A DNA stretch of 64,000 nt, taken from IMG/VR virus record IMGVR_UViG_3300028549_002288, one strand, 5' to 3'. This document shows, in pieces, positions 1 through 10,248 of this stretch. The notes below the pieces were generated by a model, which saw nothing but the letters and a program-made list of their open reading frames with translations, was not told where the DNA came from and did no database searches. The translations under genes were made by a program, and so were the position numbers. The stretch is from a virus. Within the stretch, counting starts at the first letter, position 1. Each line of letters opens with the position of its first letter.

Positions 1-437
1 AGCGACTCAACGCTGATAGCCGATAAACCCGACGTCGATTCACTTAGCTTATTACAGGCTTCGGAAAATAGATCTAGAAACTTGTTTAATTGCTCAATCG
101 TAAATCCAAACCCTCCGAGTGCATCTTCGATATATTTCATTATTTGTTTATACATCTCGTCGAGTCCTAGCTTATCTAGCCAAAAATCAAGGTTGAGCAT
201 CGATTTTATTTGCCCTATCAATTTCTCAATATCTTTTACAGGCAATCCTAAAGATTCGAAGAGCTTCTTAGGATCTTTTAACAACTCTTCGAATTCCTTT
301 AGCTTTTGCTCGTACTCTTTGACCTTTGTCGTATTGAAGAAATTACTGTGACTATATTTTCTATCTTTCACAGTGGAGTGGACTTTAGTGTTCTCCGCCT
401 TATTTTCCTTAGACTTTGCTGTTTTTGTATCTGTCAT
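1..437 (-). CDS. Partial ORF (runs off window start), putative virion structural protein following the gp27-like gene
   Basis: Manual translation from ATG at 437 (MTDTKTAKSKENKAEN...) is open to position 1; starts 2 nt after the stop of 440..2671. Function inferred from context only. Confidence 0.6.
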   Translation of the reverse strand, partial: MTDTKTAKSKENKAENTKVHSTVKDRKYSHSNFFNTTKVKEYEQKLKEFEELLKDPKKLFESLGLPVKDIEKLIGQIKSMLNLDFWLDKLGLDEMYKQIMKYIEDALGGFGFTIEQLNKFLDLFSEACNKLSESTSGLSAISVES

Positions 438-439
438 TT

Positions 440-2671
440 TTATTGTCCGAATGTTTCATGTAATTCCTTCTTAAGATCTCTAGTCATACCGATCTGGCCA
501 ATAAACGGCATATTAAACGAAGTCAAACTTCTTAAATACGCAGCGGATGTTCCGACGGAAAAGTCTGATGATAATCCAGCCATCCGCATCCTCGCCCTAG
601 GCAACCAATGGTTTGATTCGTAAATATTAGATCCGGCTACCATTTTTAAATATCTCATCAGGATGCTATTATTATCCATTGAAATATTTTTAACGCCACT
701 TTTTAACGGCATAGCAATCAAATTATCTAGGTCAGTAATAACAAACTCTGCTTCTATTCCTAAAGCTAAGTTATCTTTGTTATAAGGCATACTTCCTATT
801 CCCTTTTTAATATTAACGCGACTCATAATTCCTTTCTTTATATCTACAAATCCTGGTAAATGGGCGCTTAATATAAAAGGCGAACCGTGCGACGATTTTC
901 CTATGGCTCTTGGGGCGCCAAGCGGAAGAAGCAATGCTATAAGCATATATATGTTTTTAAACAGATACATTTTGTTTCCATATATCGCAGGTAGCGTCAT
1001 TTTGAAATGATAGTTAGGTAAGGACACAGAACTCGAAGCCCACATCTCTGGCATATGTATTACACCACCGCCGATCAGTCCTTCAACAACGTTTGATAGT
1101 CCTAACGACACACCGTCAATATTACCGGACAGTAAATCGCTCATAGCCGCCGTTACTTGCTTCCCGACATTACCTATCAAGTTACCATCGGCCATGGAGA
1201 ACCTTATATCTCTAGCCGTAGCCGAAAAACCATTCATCATGGATTGTGTCGGAATTTCTTGTGTTGAGTTGCTAAATTCTATCGTATGGTCTGTCAGGTA
1301 ATCAACTACTAAAGCGACGTGTCTCGCTCCATCGTTACGGATGGCTCTAAAATAATTTATCTGACTATCGGAACGCTGTTTATGCATTTTCAATTCTAAA
1401 TCAGATAGACCATTTTCCCTTATTTTATTTACGACGTCGGTTGTCTTTTTTGTTGCTGTTTCATACAAAGACTTACCTTGTTCGTATATTTTTGTACCCG
1501 TTTCGTAAAGTTCTTTCCCAGTATCGATCATACTTTTAATGGTGTCGGTAGTAGAACTTATCATATCCATTACTCCACCACCTGTTCCGGCTGTACTTTC
1601 TGTAGTATCTGTAGAAGCCGCGGCTTCTTTTTCTAATGACTCTTTCTTTTTTTGTATATATCCATAGGTCTCGCCTCCCATTTCATTCACTTTCTTTGTG
1701 AACTCGGCTAGTGCCGTGATGCCAGATTCGAGCCTACTGGCTATATTATCATCGTCCTTTCGGACCAGAGAACCAAGGGTAACGTTTTTTCCCTCCTTTA
1801 ACGCCATCATTCTTTTCTCCACGAGCCTTTGGCCTTTTGTGAAAATAGAAAAGACATCGACGTAACCGTCCGGACTAATTATATCCGGCAGATACTTTCT
1901 CGCGTACTCTATAGAGTTTCTATCTAGCGTGAGTTTAATACCTTCAGGTCCACTATTATCTATTGGTTCTTCAGTAACCAATATGCCCATTTCAAGAGCC
2001 AATGTATTCGCGACGTCAGAAACCATTTTCCAATAATGGTGCATTGTTGGTTTCAGAGAGTAATATTCTATATTGGGATCGCCGAGCGCTATCTCGGTTA
2101 TCATTTTTAAACCCCACACTATAGTAGCTGTTACAGGAAATAGTCTCAGGGCCAAAGCGCTCCCTGTGAGTTCCCCAATAAACGCTGCCGTTTCGTAAGG
2201 CTCCCTACCTGTTCGTACTACGATAGAGTCTCTATAATCAGTAGCGTGGTAAAAGAACGATAGTAAGCTTGCAAATTCAGGAACTCCAGCTTCTATCAGT
2301 AGTGTCTGTTGATGTTGTCCAAAAGCTTCGGCCCAATAGTGTCCTACGCCGACGTCAGTACTACTATCGCCGTATCTTACCTTCTCTCTATTCGCTATAA
2401 CACCTGGACTTCTCGGGTCGGTATATCTACTGTATTGCGGTTTACCACCGAACCCATATGCGCCACCTATGGTGCTATCAAAAATAAAATCATCAGCGAT
2501 AGACTTAAACCTAGTATGATCAACGACTTGTTTTAAGAAATTGTCGTCCTGTGTGTTTTTAAAAGAAAGATCATTACTGGCCCTTTTTATCCAGTTGCGA
2601 TCTAAAATCCTGATGCTTGTTATACCTAGTATAGTCCTTACTTCTTTCTCTGTCTGATCAATTGTAGGCAT
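440..2671 (-). CDS. phiKZ-like virion structural protein (gp27-like, baseplate/tail associated)
   Basis: 743 aa; N-terminal DSTIGGAYGFGGKPQYSRYTD and C-terminal MPEMWASSS/LLPLGAPRAIG motifs resemble this conserved family as recalled. Confidence 0.6.
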   Translation of the reverse strand: MPTIDQTEKEVRTILGITSIRILDRNWIKRASNDLSFKNTQDDNFLKQVVDHTRFKSIADDFIFDSTIGGAYGFGGKPQYSRYTDPRSPGVIANREKVRYGDSSTDVGVGHYWAEAFGQHQQTLLIEAGVPEFASLLSFFYHATDYRDSIVVRTGREPYETAAFIGELTGSALALRLFPVTATIVWGLKMITEIALGDPNIEYYSLKPTMHHYWKMVSDVANTLALEMGILVTEEPIDNSGPEGIKLTLDRNSIEYARKYLPDIISPDGYVDVFSIFTKGQRLVEKRMMALKEGKNVTLGSLVRKDDDNIASRLESGITALAEFTKKVNEMGGETYGYIQKKKESLEKEAAASTDTTESTAGTGGGVMDMISSTTDTIKSMIDTGKELYETGTKIYEQGKSLYETATKKTTDVVNKIRENGLSDLELKMHKQRSDSQINYFRAIRNDGARHVALVVDYLTDHTIEFSNSTQEIPTQSMMNGFSATARDIRFSMADGNLIGNVGKQVTAAMSDLLSGNIDGVSLGLSNVVEGLIGGGVIHMPEMWASSSVSLPNYHFKMTLPAIYGNKMYLFKNIYMLIALLLPLGAPRAIGKSSHGSPFILSAHLPGFVDIKKGIMSRVNIKKGIGSMPYNKDNLALGIEAEFVITDLDNLIAMPLKSGVKNISMDNNSILMRYLKMVAGSNIYESNHWLPRARMRMAGLSSDFSVGTSAAYLRSLTSFNMPFIGQIGMTRDLKKELHETFGQ

Positions 2672-2683
2672 AGGAACGCCTCA

Positions 2684-3481
2684 TCACGAAAAAATAATTT
2701 CTAGAGATCTACCATTTTGAAATTCAGCAGCTGTAGCTATCGAGTCGCCAGATAATAAAGATACATCACTATATTTGCACGCTCCGTCGACGCACATAGA
2801 CCCCTTGACTAATTTAGACAACATGGAATAATCCATAGAATCCTGTTTTGTCGCACCGTCATACGCCCCTCTAAGTTCCTGGTCATATGTAATGATATTA
2901 TTTATCCACTGTACCTTTTGCTTGCCTATTAATTCCGGTTCCCCGAAAGCTCTCACCGAATACGCTGTGTTAGCGTCTGGATTCTTTAGTGAACTTTCCA
3001 ACTGGTCTTTATACGGACCTTCCGGTTTAACATGAAGAACAACGAGAATTACATTGCCAGATGCTTTTAGACATCTAGGATCTGACTTACCTATATCTAT
3101 AAGAAATATATTTTTGATATGTCCGGATTGGTTTTTCATATCAATTTTAGCTATTCTCTCCTTAAAAACAGCCATTTCTATTTTCTTTTCGTTGTCTGTC
3201 ATGAATTTGAATTTAGGATCCATAGTCGGATGTCCCATCTCTGACCCAAGCGATCCTTTTCTTAGATAATCCATGATTTGTGTCTTTTCGGAAAAGATCG
3301 CTGGTTTAAACGGGAAGGAAACATACTCTCCGCCTATTTCTACAGCTACGTTGAAAGCTCCCCCGTTAACCATCCAGTATCCGTTTTCGTCGGGACGAAA
3401 AATCTTGTTAACTACTAAATCTTTATATTGTTCATTGGTTTTGGACAGTTCGTCGATTGTCCATATCTTTAACCCGTTCAC
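2684..3481 (-). CDS. Prohead (head maturation) protease, phiKZ gp175-like
   Basis: 265 aa; motifs SEMGHP, SGHIK, KPEGPY, NPDANTAYSVR typical of T4 gp21/phiKZ gp175 serine proteases; lies downstream of the vRNAP beta gene as in phiKZ. Confidence 0.85.
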   Translation of the reverse strand: MNGLKIWTIDELSKTNEQYKDLVVNKIFRPDENGYWMVNGGAFNVAVEIGGEYVSFPFKPAIFSEKTQIMDYLRKGSLGSEMGHPTMDPKFKFMTDNEKKIEMAVFKERIAKIDMKNQSGHIKNIFLIDIGKSDPRCLKASGNVILVVLHVKPEGPYKDQLESSLKNPDANTAYSVRAFGEPELIGKQKVQWINNIITYDQELRGAYDGATKQDSMDYSMLSKLVKGSMCVDGACKYSDVSLLSGDSIATAAEFQNGRSLEIIFS

Positions 3482-4182
3482 GATTTGTTCCTTATTATTT
3501 TTTCTAAATTAGAGGCCTCTAAATATTTTTCAGACCTTATTATAAGCTCTTTACGACCTTCTCTGAAATGCGAAGCCGTAAATATGGCCCAGTTGGCTCT
3601 CATGTATTTCTTATCTTCTAGGTCGATGAAGTGGACTTTTTGACCTTCCGGCGCATATCTATAGTAATCCCTAGGGTTATCTTCTAACCTTCCGGCTACA
3701 GATAAAATCAAATCTACCTCTCTCCAGTGCGATAAGAACTTGACATTTGTTTTCTTCGCTATGTTTGTCAAGAAGATCCTGTATATTTCATAAGTTACGA
3801 AAGAGGGAATTTTTCCTCTCTTTATCATCTCCTTGAAAAGAGGTTCTACAAGATCGCCACTTATAGAGTTACGGGCCATCATAACCTTTTGTCCCTTTTT
3901 GAATATAACATGGTTATATTCACCTCTAGTCACCACCATCCTTGAAAATAGTGTAATGCTATTAGGCCTAGGTAAAACGCCGTACTTTCCGTTTTTACCA
4001 GTGATAGCAAACAACCCCAATGTTTCCACATTACTACCCATTTTTGCTAATTCTTTTTCGAAATACAATGTAGGTATTACGACATTTAAATCTTCCTTTG
4101 CGTAGTAAGCATCATCTATTTTTTCAAGCAACGATTTGCCCGCCTTCGGATCACGCTCTACTAAAGAAAATATTTGATCCAT
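3478..4182 (-). CDS. Conserved phiKZ-like protein (gp176-like)
   Basis: 234 aa, overlaps neighbours; synteny between gp178-like and gp175-like genes; AGRLEDNPRDYYRY motif. Confidence 0.55.
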   Translation of the reverse strand: MDQIFSLVERDPKAGKSLLEKIDDAYYAKEDLNVVIPTLYFEKELAKMGSNVETLGLFAITGKNGKYGVLPRPNSITLFSRMVVTRGEYNHVIFKKGQKVMMARNSISGDLVEPLFKEMIKRGKIPSFVTYEIYRIFLTNIAKKTNVKFLSHWREVDLILSVAGRLEDNPRDYYRYAPEGQKVHFIDLEDKKYMRANWAIFTASHFREGRKELIIRSEKYLEASNLEKIIRNKS

Positions 4183-5612
4183 TAGGATTTCCCAACATAT
4201 TTTGAAATTATTAGTGTCGACACTATATCTGACACTGCTAACAACGATAACTGCACACTGTCATATTTCGAATACATTTCATTTGCTTTGTAATACTCAA
4301 ACTTGTCGTTAATTGTTTTCACGTTGCTGTCTTTAAATATCACATCAGTTACAATCCTATCGACCATTACCTTTACATTAAGGATATCTTCTGGTTTGCT
4401 AGCAAGGAACAGATCGTTAAGCTTCGGATAAAAACCACTAATGCTTATAGCGTCATTAGAATCGACTATTTCCATTATCATTGTCTGTAGATAAGAGGTG
4501 TATATAGAAATAGCAGTTTTAGCATCCTCTCGGATAGTTTTGACCTTCGTAGTCGCTATAAATTCGGAATGTTTTTTCATAAACGCTTCCGAATTCTCTA
4601 ATAGGAATGCCTCGGTGGTCTTATACGGAGGTACGTTGTTCAGCACGCAATGTATTATCAAATCTTTAAGATCCGGAATCCTTGTAACTGCTACGCTGTA
4701 TGTAGATGGTACAATATACGTATAAATCTTTCTCTCCGACTCATTAACGCTATACTTTGCGATGATATTTCCGTTTTTATCTGAATCTAATAGAACGGAC
4801 CTAAGTTTTATAACAGCGTCCACTATTTCGGATCGCTTAATAATGATATTTTCATTATTAAGGTTATCGCTTTCAATAACCAAATGGATCATGAATAAGG
4901 CTGTGAATAAAACCTTAGGGTCGACCCCCGATGGTGTAAACTTTTTCGATAAAACCTCTACTATGGCTGCTTGGATATTCTCCATCGTTAGTTGATTATC
5001 TGGATTTTCCATATATGAGGAAAATATTTGCCTGCTACTAAGCGACTGGACATTTTTCACACGATCTTCCGCGTCCAACAAGTTCGTAAATGCTTTGTTA
5101 ACAAAGAACTCAAGAACCTCGGCTTCGTTATATCGAAGCGCCGATCTTTGATTTTGCATATCTTGTCTTTCGATATCCGTGTCGACAATGTACATTATCT
5201 CATCAGGGATCGATTGTTCTATTAGAACGACACTCGGCCCGTCATATGATCTTAAAAACACACGACGAGAAAGCTCTTCGACGAATAACTTTTTCTTTTC
5301 CACAATTACCTTATAATACAACTCCATCTCGTCTTTCAGGACGCTACCAATATGACGCGATGAGACCGAAGCGTCGTTATAAAAAATAGGAGTGTCAAAT
5401 GATTCGCTATGCATGTGCTTGCTCTGAAAGTTAAATGACACTATACTCGTGATGTCGTCTAATACAGTCGATGTCTTTACATCATTCGACGTCATATCTT
5501 TTACAGAATTATGACCTCTATATACGGCCATTATCTCCAATGTTTTTTCTATAATAGCACGTAATATGGCTACGCGCGATTCTGTTTCTCTATCAATATC
5601 TCTGAAACCCAT
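4182..5612 (-). CDS. Conserved phiKZ-like protein (gp177-like)
   Basis: 476 aa ORF with SD (AAGGA) directly after the vRNAP beta gene; assigned by synteny. Confidence 0.5.
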   Translation of the reverse strand: MGFRDIDRETESRVAILRAIIEKTLEIMAVYRGHNSVKDMTSNDVKTSTVLDDITSIVSFNFQSKHMHSESFDTPIFYNDASVSSRHIGSVLKDEMELYYKVIVEKKKLFVEELSRRVFLRSYDGPSVVLIEQSIPDEIMYIVDTDIERQDMQNQRSALRYNEAEVLEFFVNKAFTNLLDAEDRVKNVQSLSSRQIFSSYMENPDNQLTMENIQAAIVEVLSKKFTPSGVDPKVLFTALFMIHLVIESDNLNNENIIIKRSEIVDAVIKLRSVLLDSDKNGNIIAKYSVNESERKIYTYIVPSTYSVAVTRIPDLKDLIIHCVLNNVPPYKTTEAFLLENSEAFMKKHSEFIATTKVKTIREDAKTAISIYTSYLQTMIMEIVDSNDAISISGFYPKLNDLFLASKPEDILNVKVMVDRIVTDVIFKDSNVKTINDKFEYYKANEMYSKYDSVQLSLLAVSDIVSTLIISKYVGKS

Positions 5613-5645
5613 GAATATCCTTTTTCATTATTTTTTTTCAATAAA

Positions 5646-8600
5646 TCACTTAACGTTCTTTATTCCTAAGCTTACTTTACTCAGGTATAGATTATATATA
5701 CCGTTTTCGTTAGTAGAGTTCACAATACGTTTATCGGTACTGATAGGACTATATGTAAGCTCTATCAAATTCCCGTCCTCATCGTACGTGTTGAACTCAT
5801 CGCCCTCGAGGCCGGTACCTTTACCTTCGTAGACACTGCCTATAGTGTTTTTCAATTGAGCTGATAGAATAGTCTTATCGGCTATTTGCGCAGGGTACAA
5901 ATCCGATTCAATATATATAGCTATAAATACTTCATTGTCCAACATAGTTTTACCACTTATTGAAAATTTTGTGGTAACTCTGCCAGATACACCTTCCGTA
6001 TCCATTCTTTGTTCATCACATAATTTCGCTATCTTTCTCAACGACGGCGTCATATCCTTTAGTTCACAGCGATATAGACATTCTATCTTAACAATATTAC
6101 CTCCAATCGAATATTTCGGTATGTCGGTTTTCATTTCTGTCAGAATCTCTCTCACCTTCTCATCAGTCCATTTGCTTTCATCTATAGCCTGACCAGTAAT
6201 CAACATAGCTGGTTCATTCGCCTCCACCCTATCGCCTATATTTTTTATACCGCTAATATGTTGGTTACTCATAATAGTTACATCGGTTATTTTGGTTTTC
6301 TTGGCTGATAATTTTGAAAGTAACGACGCGTGTACCCCGATAGAATCCTCATACGTCTCCTGCGACTCTTTAAATCTAGTTCTAGCTAACTTTCCGGTTT
6401 TCATCGATACTTGTTTACTATAAAAGAAATCTGGTTGAAAAAAGGCAGAGTTGTATGTTATGTTTTCGCCTGCTTTTATAATATCGCCTACTTTACGCAT
6501 AGTAATAATTCTATGCGTGTGCGACGATTTGTTTTCTGGCCTTGTTGTGTAATTACCTAAGAAGTATTTACTTTCAACTTTTGTCTTCACATCGGCCACT
6601 ACAATATACGCTGTCTCTTTTATATTTATTACCTTAACATCCGTTAAGGCGTTAACGCACATGTTTTCCGACACAATGTTTCCTATCGTTGTTTCGTAAC
6701 CTGTTCTTAACGGCAGAGTCATCTCGCCGTCAATTGGTATGACACCGACTCCTTGTGTTTGTATGAAGTTAGCCCTTTTACTATCATCTTTATACATGTT
6801 AGGTATTGTTAGAAGTATAGAATCGTACACTTCCGAAGGTTCTAATTCCGCATCACTGATATCTATAAATCCCCGCGAATTGTTGATTCTAGGATTATTA
6901 ACCTTAAACCTAGTGATACCAGCGTCTCCGTTGTCTCTATTCGTTACTGATATCACACCTAACGAGGAATCGTGAAAGATTCGCGTATCTAGCGTCATCG
7001 CTTCCTTTGGCCTTCCTTCCACAAGATACGAGAGATCCGACGCTTGTCTTACATCAGCATACGGATTTAAATCATCTTTAAGCGCGACGTCTTTCGATAA
7101 TCTATCCCATACCGCATACGGCTTAACTTTAGGCGGTTTTGCTCCAAAGCTAGAGTAGTTATCGACCGAACCGATTGCCTTAGCTAGCTCGCTATACATG
7201 ATACCGGCAATCCTTTCGTGTCCTCTTAATCTGACATCCGACATATCCGTTTTAAATTTAACACTGTTTACTGTTAATAGACGATTAGCTTCTTTAATTA
7301 TTCCTACAAAAGTCGTAGGTTGTTTTAGTTCTTTAAGAACCGAAAGAGTTATGTCGTCTATAAACATTTTGTTTAAAAATTTTAATCTTTTAAACAAACT
7401 TCTCGGAAATCCAAGGATCTCGTTCATATTTCCTAAACCTGTTGAACCTTCTAGTTCAAAATTGACAGATTTGAGATATATGTGTTTCTTTACAACCCCG
7501 TTGAGTATTAATTTGCTTTCTTCATTTACGCCAGATAGAAGTACATGTTTATCAGCAAACCTTATCAACATTTCGTCGTTTTCTAGCTCATGGTGATTTC
7601 TACTAGGTAGGTTTACGGTATAGTCTATATTTAAAAACGCCATCGTCTGCCTAAACCCTAGTATGTTTATTAGAATAACTATAACGGGTATCTTATCTCC
7701 CATCATGCTAGCGTAGCTATATGTTTTATCTTCCGTCTCGTCTACGCCAATCAATTCATACAGACTTATGTCTTCAATCAACTTTTTGCCGTCATATCTA
7801 AATAACCTATCTGTCTTAATATCTACAAATAACTCAGCGTCCTTAGTACTATCATTATCGTTTCTTAACATACCACATAAGATGTATCCTTTTGATTCTA
7901 TCTCCAGTATCTTTTCTTTTGGCGTATTCGATATAGAAAACCTATCTCTATAGACAAAGAACATATCGTAATCTTTTATTCTATAATAACTAAATACATT
8001 ACTAGATTTTATATATAGCTTAGACATGGTCACGTCAGATGGTGTTTTGTTTCTAGCGACTTCTAGATAGAACTCTGTTTTTTCCGCAACGGACGCTTTT
8101 ATATTCTTATCGTTTTCGATGTCGCTCTCTACAAATATTTTAGAGAAATTGGATGTTAAAACCACAACTGAGATTGATATCTTTCTTATAGGCATATCTG
8201 AAATATGTTCCCTTAACCGATACTGATTACCGTAAACCTTAAAGGTGCCGTCTTCTTTTATAGTTGGTATAAATTGTCTCTGTGTATGTTCGCCATAGCC
8301 GGGAACAAACATCGATATCTTGTATTCTTCGAAATCAGATACGGCATCTTTATGAGGCGTTACTTCTAAGTTTGTTACGATGATTCCTTTCTTCTCCATC
8401 CCCATTATCGACTTCGTCATATCTTTACGAAACAGTTTCTTTACATAGGCTCTTTCGGCGTCTATGGATTTGTTACTACTCGATAGCTTATCAAATACGA
8501 CTCCTGAGTTATCTACAAATACTCTTTCGTCTATTAATATATCGTCTTCCGCGTAGTCTATATCTAGCTTATCTTTATTCGCCTCTCTTTTCTTTAAAGC

Positions 8601-9716
8601 TCCTTTAATGGCTTTAACATCTTTTTCGGTTATCGACACAGATAACTCGTTTAGTGCCGTTCTTAAGTCTTCCGACATAAATGATTCATCTTTTTTAAAA
8701 TACTCTTCTTTCTCTTCTACAATTTCTTGTTCTGGTGAAACGGTAGCTTGGTTATATTCTTTTAGTCCTTCTTCTATAAGCAATTCCGATTTTTCTATTC
8801 TTGTCTCTAACTCTTCCTCCGATATCTCCTCTTCGACATTACTATTCTCTACTATCGGAGTTTCGTTTTCGTTTTCTTCTTCCGTCGCTACGCTAACAGG
8901 CGAGTTTTTTAACTTTATAAACGATAGATATAGACCAGAAATTAACTGAATCGGAGTAATCCTTCTCATTCCGTCGAAATTCTTATCGAACATCGCCATT
9001 AACTTAAGCATCGATAATAATATCATCTTTTTACCATTGGTAAATATAATATATAAATTATCATACTTATCTTTATCTATCTTAGAGTATATACTTTTCT
9101 CTCCGTTTACGAATTTAAATAAATTCACTAGATTCATTATCCTATAATCGCTAACTTTTCGCGAAAGAACCTCGTTATCGAATCTCATCATTTTCTTAAG
9201 TTCTTTAAAATCTAATAACGTATCCGGCAGCGGAAATGCTAGAAACATAATATGGTCAAAAATAGTGTCGTTGATATTATCTATTATCGACGAATTAATG
9301 TCGTTCCAATACTTAAACGAGTTAAGACCGCCGGTTGAAAACGAATACGTAGCTAAAATATACGAATAATCCAGAATTGTTATATTGTTTTTTTCTGGGT
9401 TTGTTCTAAAATCTTTAATCCTTACGCTACTAACCGACTTATACTTCTTTATTATATCAAACCCATTCATGATATTCTTCTGATATCTCATGCTTTCGTC
9501 CTGTAGTTTTCGTACAGGATTTATCACAATTCTTTTATTTCCAAAAAAACTATGAGTAAGTGTACTATCCGACCTGAAAGAACATAGTATGATTTCTACA
9601 CCAAATGGAAAAATTTGCTCTTCCAAATCCAATAACTTAGGAGAAAAAATATCATTCGTCCTAAAAACACCATGGTTTTTGTAGTATTTAACTACTTTAT
9701 CCTTAATAATATCCAT
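5646..9716 (-). CDS. rpoB: Virion RNA polymerase beta-like subunit (phiKZ gp178-like)
   Basis: 1356 aa; RLRGHERIAG, DSSLGVIS..RDNGDAG, SKRANFIQTQ, QETYEDSI and ADKTILSAQLK match RNAP beta segments; central acidic linker. Confidence 0.88.
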   Translation of the reverse strand: MDIIKDKVVKYYKNHGVFRTNDIFSPKLLDLEEQIFPFGVEIILCSFRSDSTLTHSFFGNKRIVINPVRKLQDESMRYQKNIMNGFDIIKKYKSVSSVRIKDFRTNPEKNNITILDYSYILATYSFSTGGLNSFKYWNDINSSIIDNINDTIFDHIMFLAFPLPDTLLDFKELKKMMRFDNEVLSRKVSDYRIMNLVNLFKFVNGEKSIYSKIDKDKYDNLYIIFTNGKKMILLSMLKLMAMFDKNFDGMRRITPIQLISGLYLSFIKLKNSPVSVATEEENENETPIVENSNVEEEISEEELETRIEKSELLIEEGLKEYNQATVSPEQEIVEEKEEYFKKDESFMSEDLRTALNELSVSITEKDVKAIKGALKKREANKDKLDIDYAEDDILIDERVFVDNSGVVFDKLSSSNKSIDAERAYVKKLFRKDMTKSIMGMEKKGIIVTNLEVTPHKDAVSDFEEYKISMFVPGYGEHTQRQFIPTIKEDGTFKVYGNQYRLREHISDMPIRKISISVVVLTSNFSKIFVESDIENDKNIKASVAEKTEFYLEVARNKTPSDVTMSKLYIKSSNVFSYYRIKDYDMFFVYRDRFSISNTPKEKILEIESKGYILCGMLRNDNDSTKDAELFVDIKTDRLFRYDGKKLIEDISLYELIGVDETEDKTYSYASMMGDKIPVIVILINILGFRQTMAFLNIDYTVNLPSRNHHELENDEMLIRFADKHVLLSGVNEESKLILNGVVKKHIYLKSVNFELEGSTGLGNMNEILGFPRSLFKRLKFLNKMFIDDITLSVLKELKQPTTFVGIIKEANRLLTVNSVKFKTDMSDVRLRGHERIAGIMYSELAKAIGSVDNYSSFGAKPPKVKPYAVWDRLSKDVALKDDLNPYADVRQASDLSYLVEGRPKEAMTLDTRIFHDSSLGVISVTNRDNGDAGITRFKVNNPRINNSRGFIDISDAELEPSEVYDSILLTIPNMYKDDSKRANFIQTQGVGVIPIDGEMTLPLRTGYETTIGNIVSENMCVNALTDVKVINIKETAYIVVADVKTKVESKYFLGNYTTRPENKSSHTHRIITMRKVGDIIKAGENITYNSAFFQPDFFYSKQVSMKTGKLARTRFKESQETYEDSIGVHASLLSKLSAKKTKITDVTIMSNQHISGIKNIGDRVEANEPAMLITGQAIDESKWTDEKVREILTEMKTDIPKYSIGGNIVKIECLYRCELKDMTPSLRKIAKLCDEQRMDTEGVSGRVTTKFSISGKTMLDNEVFIAIYIESDLYPAQIADKTILSAQLKNTIGSVYEGKGTGLEGDEFNTYDEDGNLIELTYSPISTDKRIVNSTNENGIYNLYLSKVSLGIKNVK

Positions 9717-9790
9717 TCACTATCCTTTTTTTATTATCAGAAAAAATAAAAAAAGATAGATATCGTCTATAGATGTTAGGAACGGCATGG

Positions 9791-9992
9791 TAACCGCACG
9801 ACGGCTACCCCGTAGCCTTACGTACATGCTGTTCCTACGGAACAGAGAAGTAAGCATAGAGGGAGGCCGTAGCCTCCCTCTATGCTTATATATAATATAT
9901 ATATTAATTAACCCCTAACCCAGAACCCCCGGCCCGGGAACCCGGTCGGTATAATATATTATTCATATAATAGTTTTTTTTAAATAAAAAAA
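9791..9992. repeat. Copy 1 of a ~200-bp dispersed element: three hairpins, AT-only tract, C-rich/G-quadruplex block
   Basis: Near-identical to 41580..41810 by direct reading; hairpins at 9803-9817, 9829-9845, 9851-9888; C-runs at 9912-9943. Confidence 0.95.
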
Positions 9993-10003
9993 CCAAGAAC
10001 ACG

Positions 10004-10034
10004 TGCCGTAACCCGCACCGAGCGGGTTACGGCA
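10004..10034 (-). terminator. Stem-loop terminator of the 73-aa gene
   Basis: 13-bp perfect stem tgccgtaacccgc/gcgggttacggca overlapping the stop codon. Confidence 0.75.
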
Positions 10035-10248
10035 TCATACCGTCGCTAATTTCGTAGAAATTAGCGTTAAACGACACTTCAGTGTCATAACTCTTTGCTA
10101 CAGTATGCAACAAGTTTTGAGGTCTATCTGTTCCGAATGCTGATGACAACATTCGGACCATTTTTTGTGCCATGCTCAACGTCGGGTACACGCCCAACGT
10201 CGCCATATCTTCTTGAGAAGATAGTAACTCTTCGTGTTTTACTAACAT
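10027..10248 (-). CDS. Hypothetical protein (73 aa), accessory cassette
   Basis: AAGGAG SD, upstream promoter motif and downstream hairpin; leader identical to that of 22518..22823. Confidence 0.75.
   Translation of the reverse strand: MLVKHEELLSSQEDMATLGVYPTLSMAQKMVRMLSSAFGTDRPQNLLHTVAKSYDTEVSFNANFYEISDGMMP

Noticed and set aside
9791-9992. MITE/IS interpretation of the 200-bp element
   Set aside because: No terminal inverted repeats or target-site duplications seen, and no transposase in the window.
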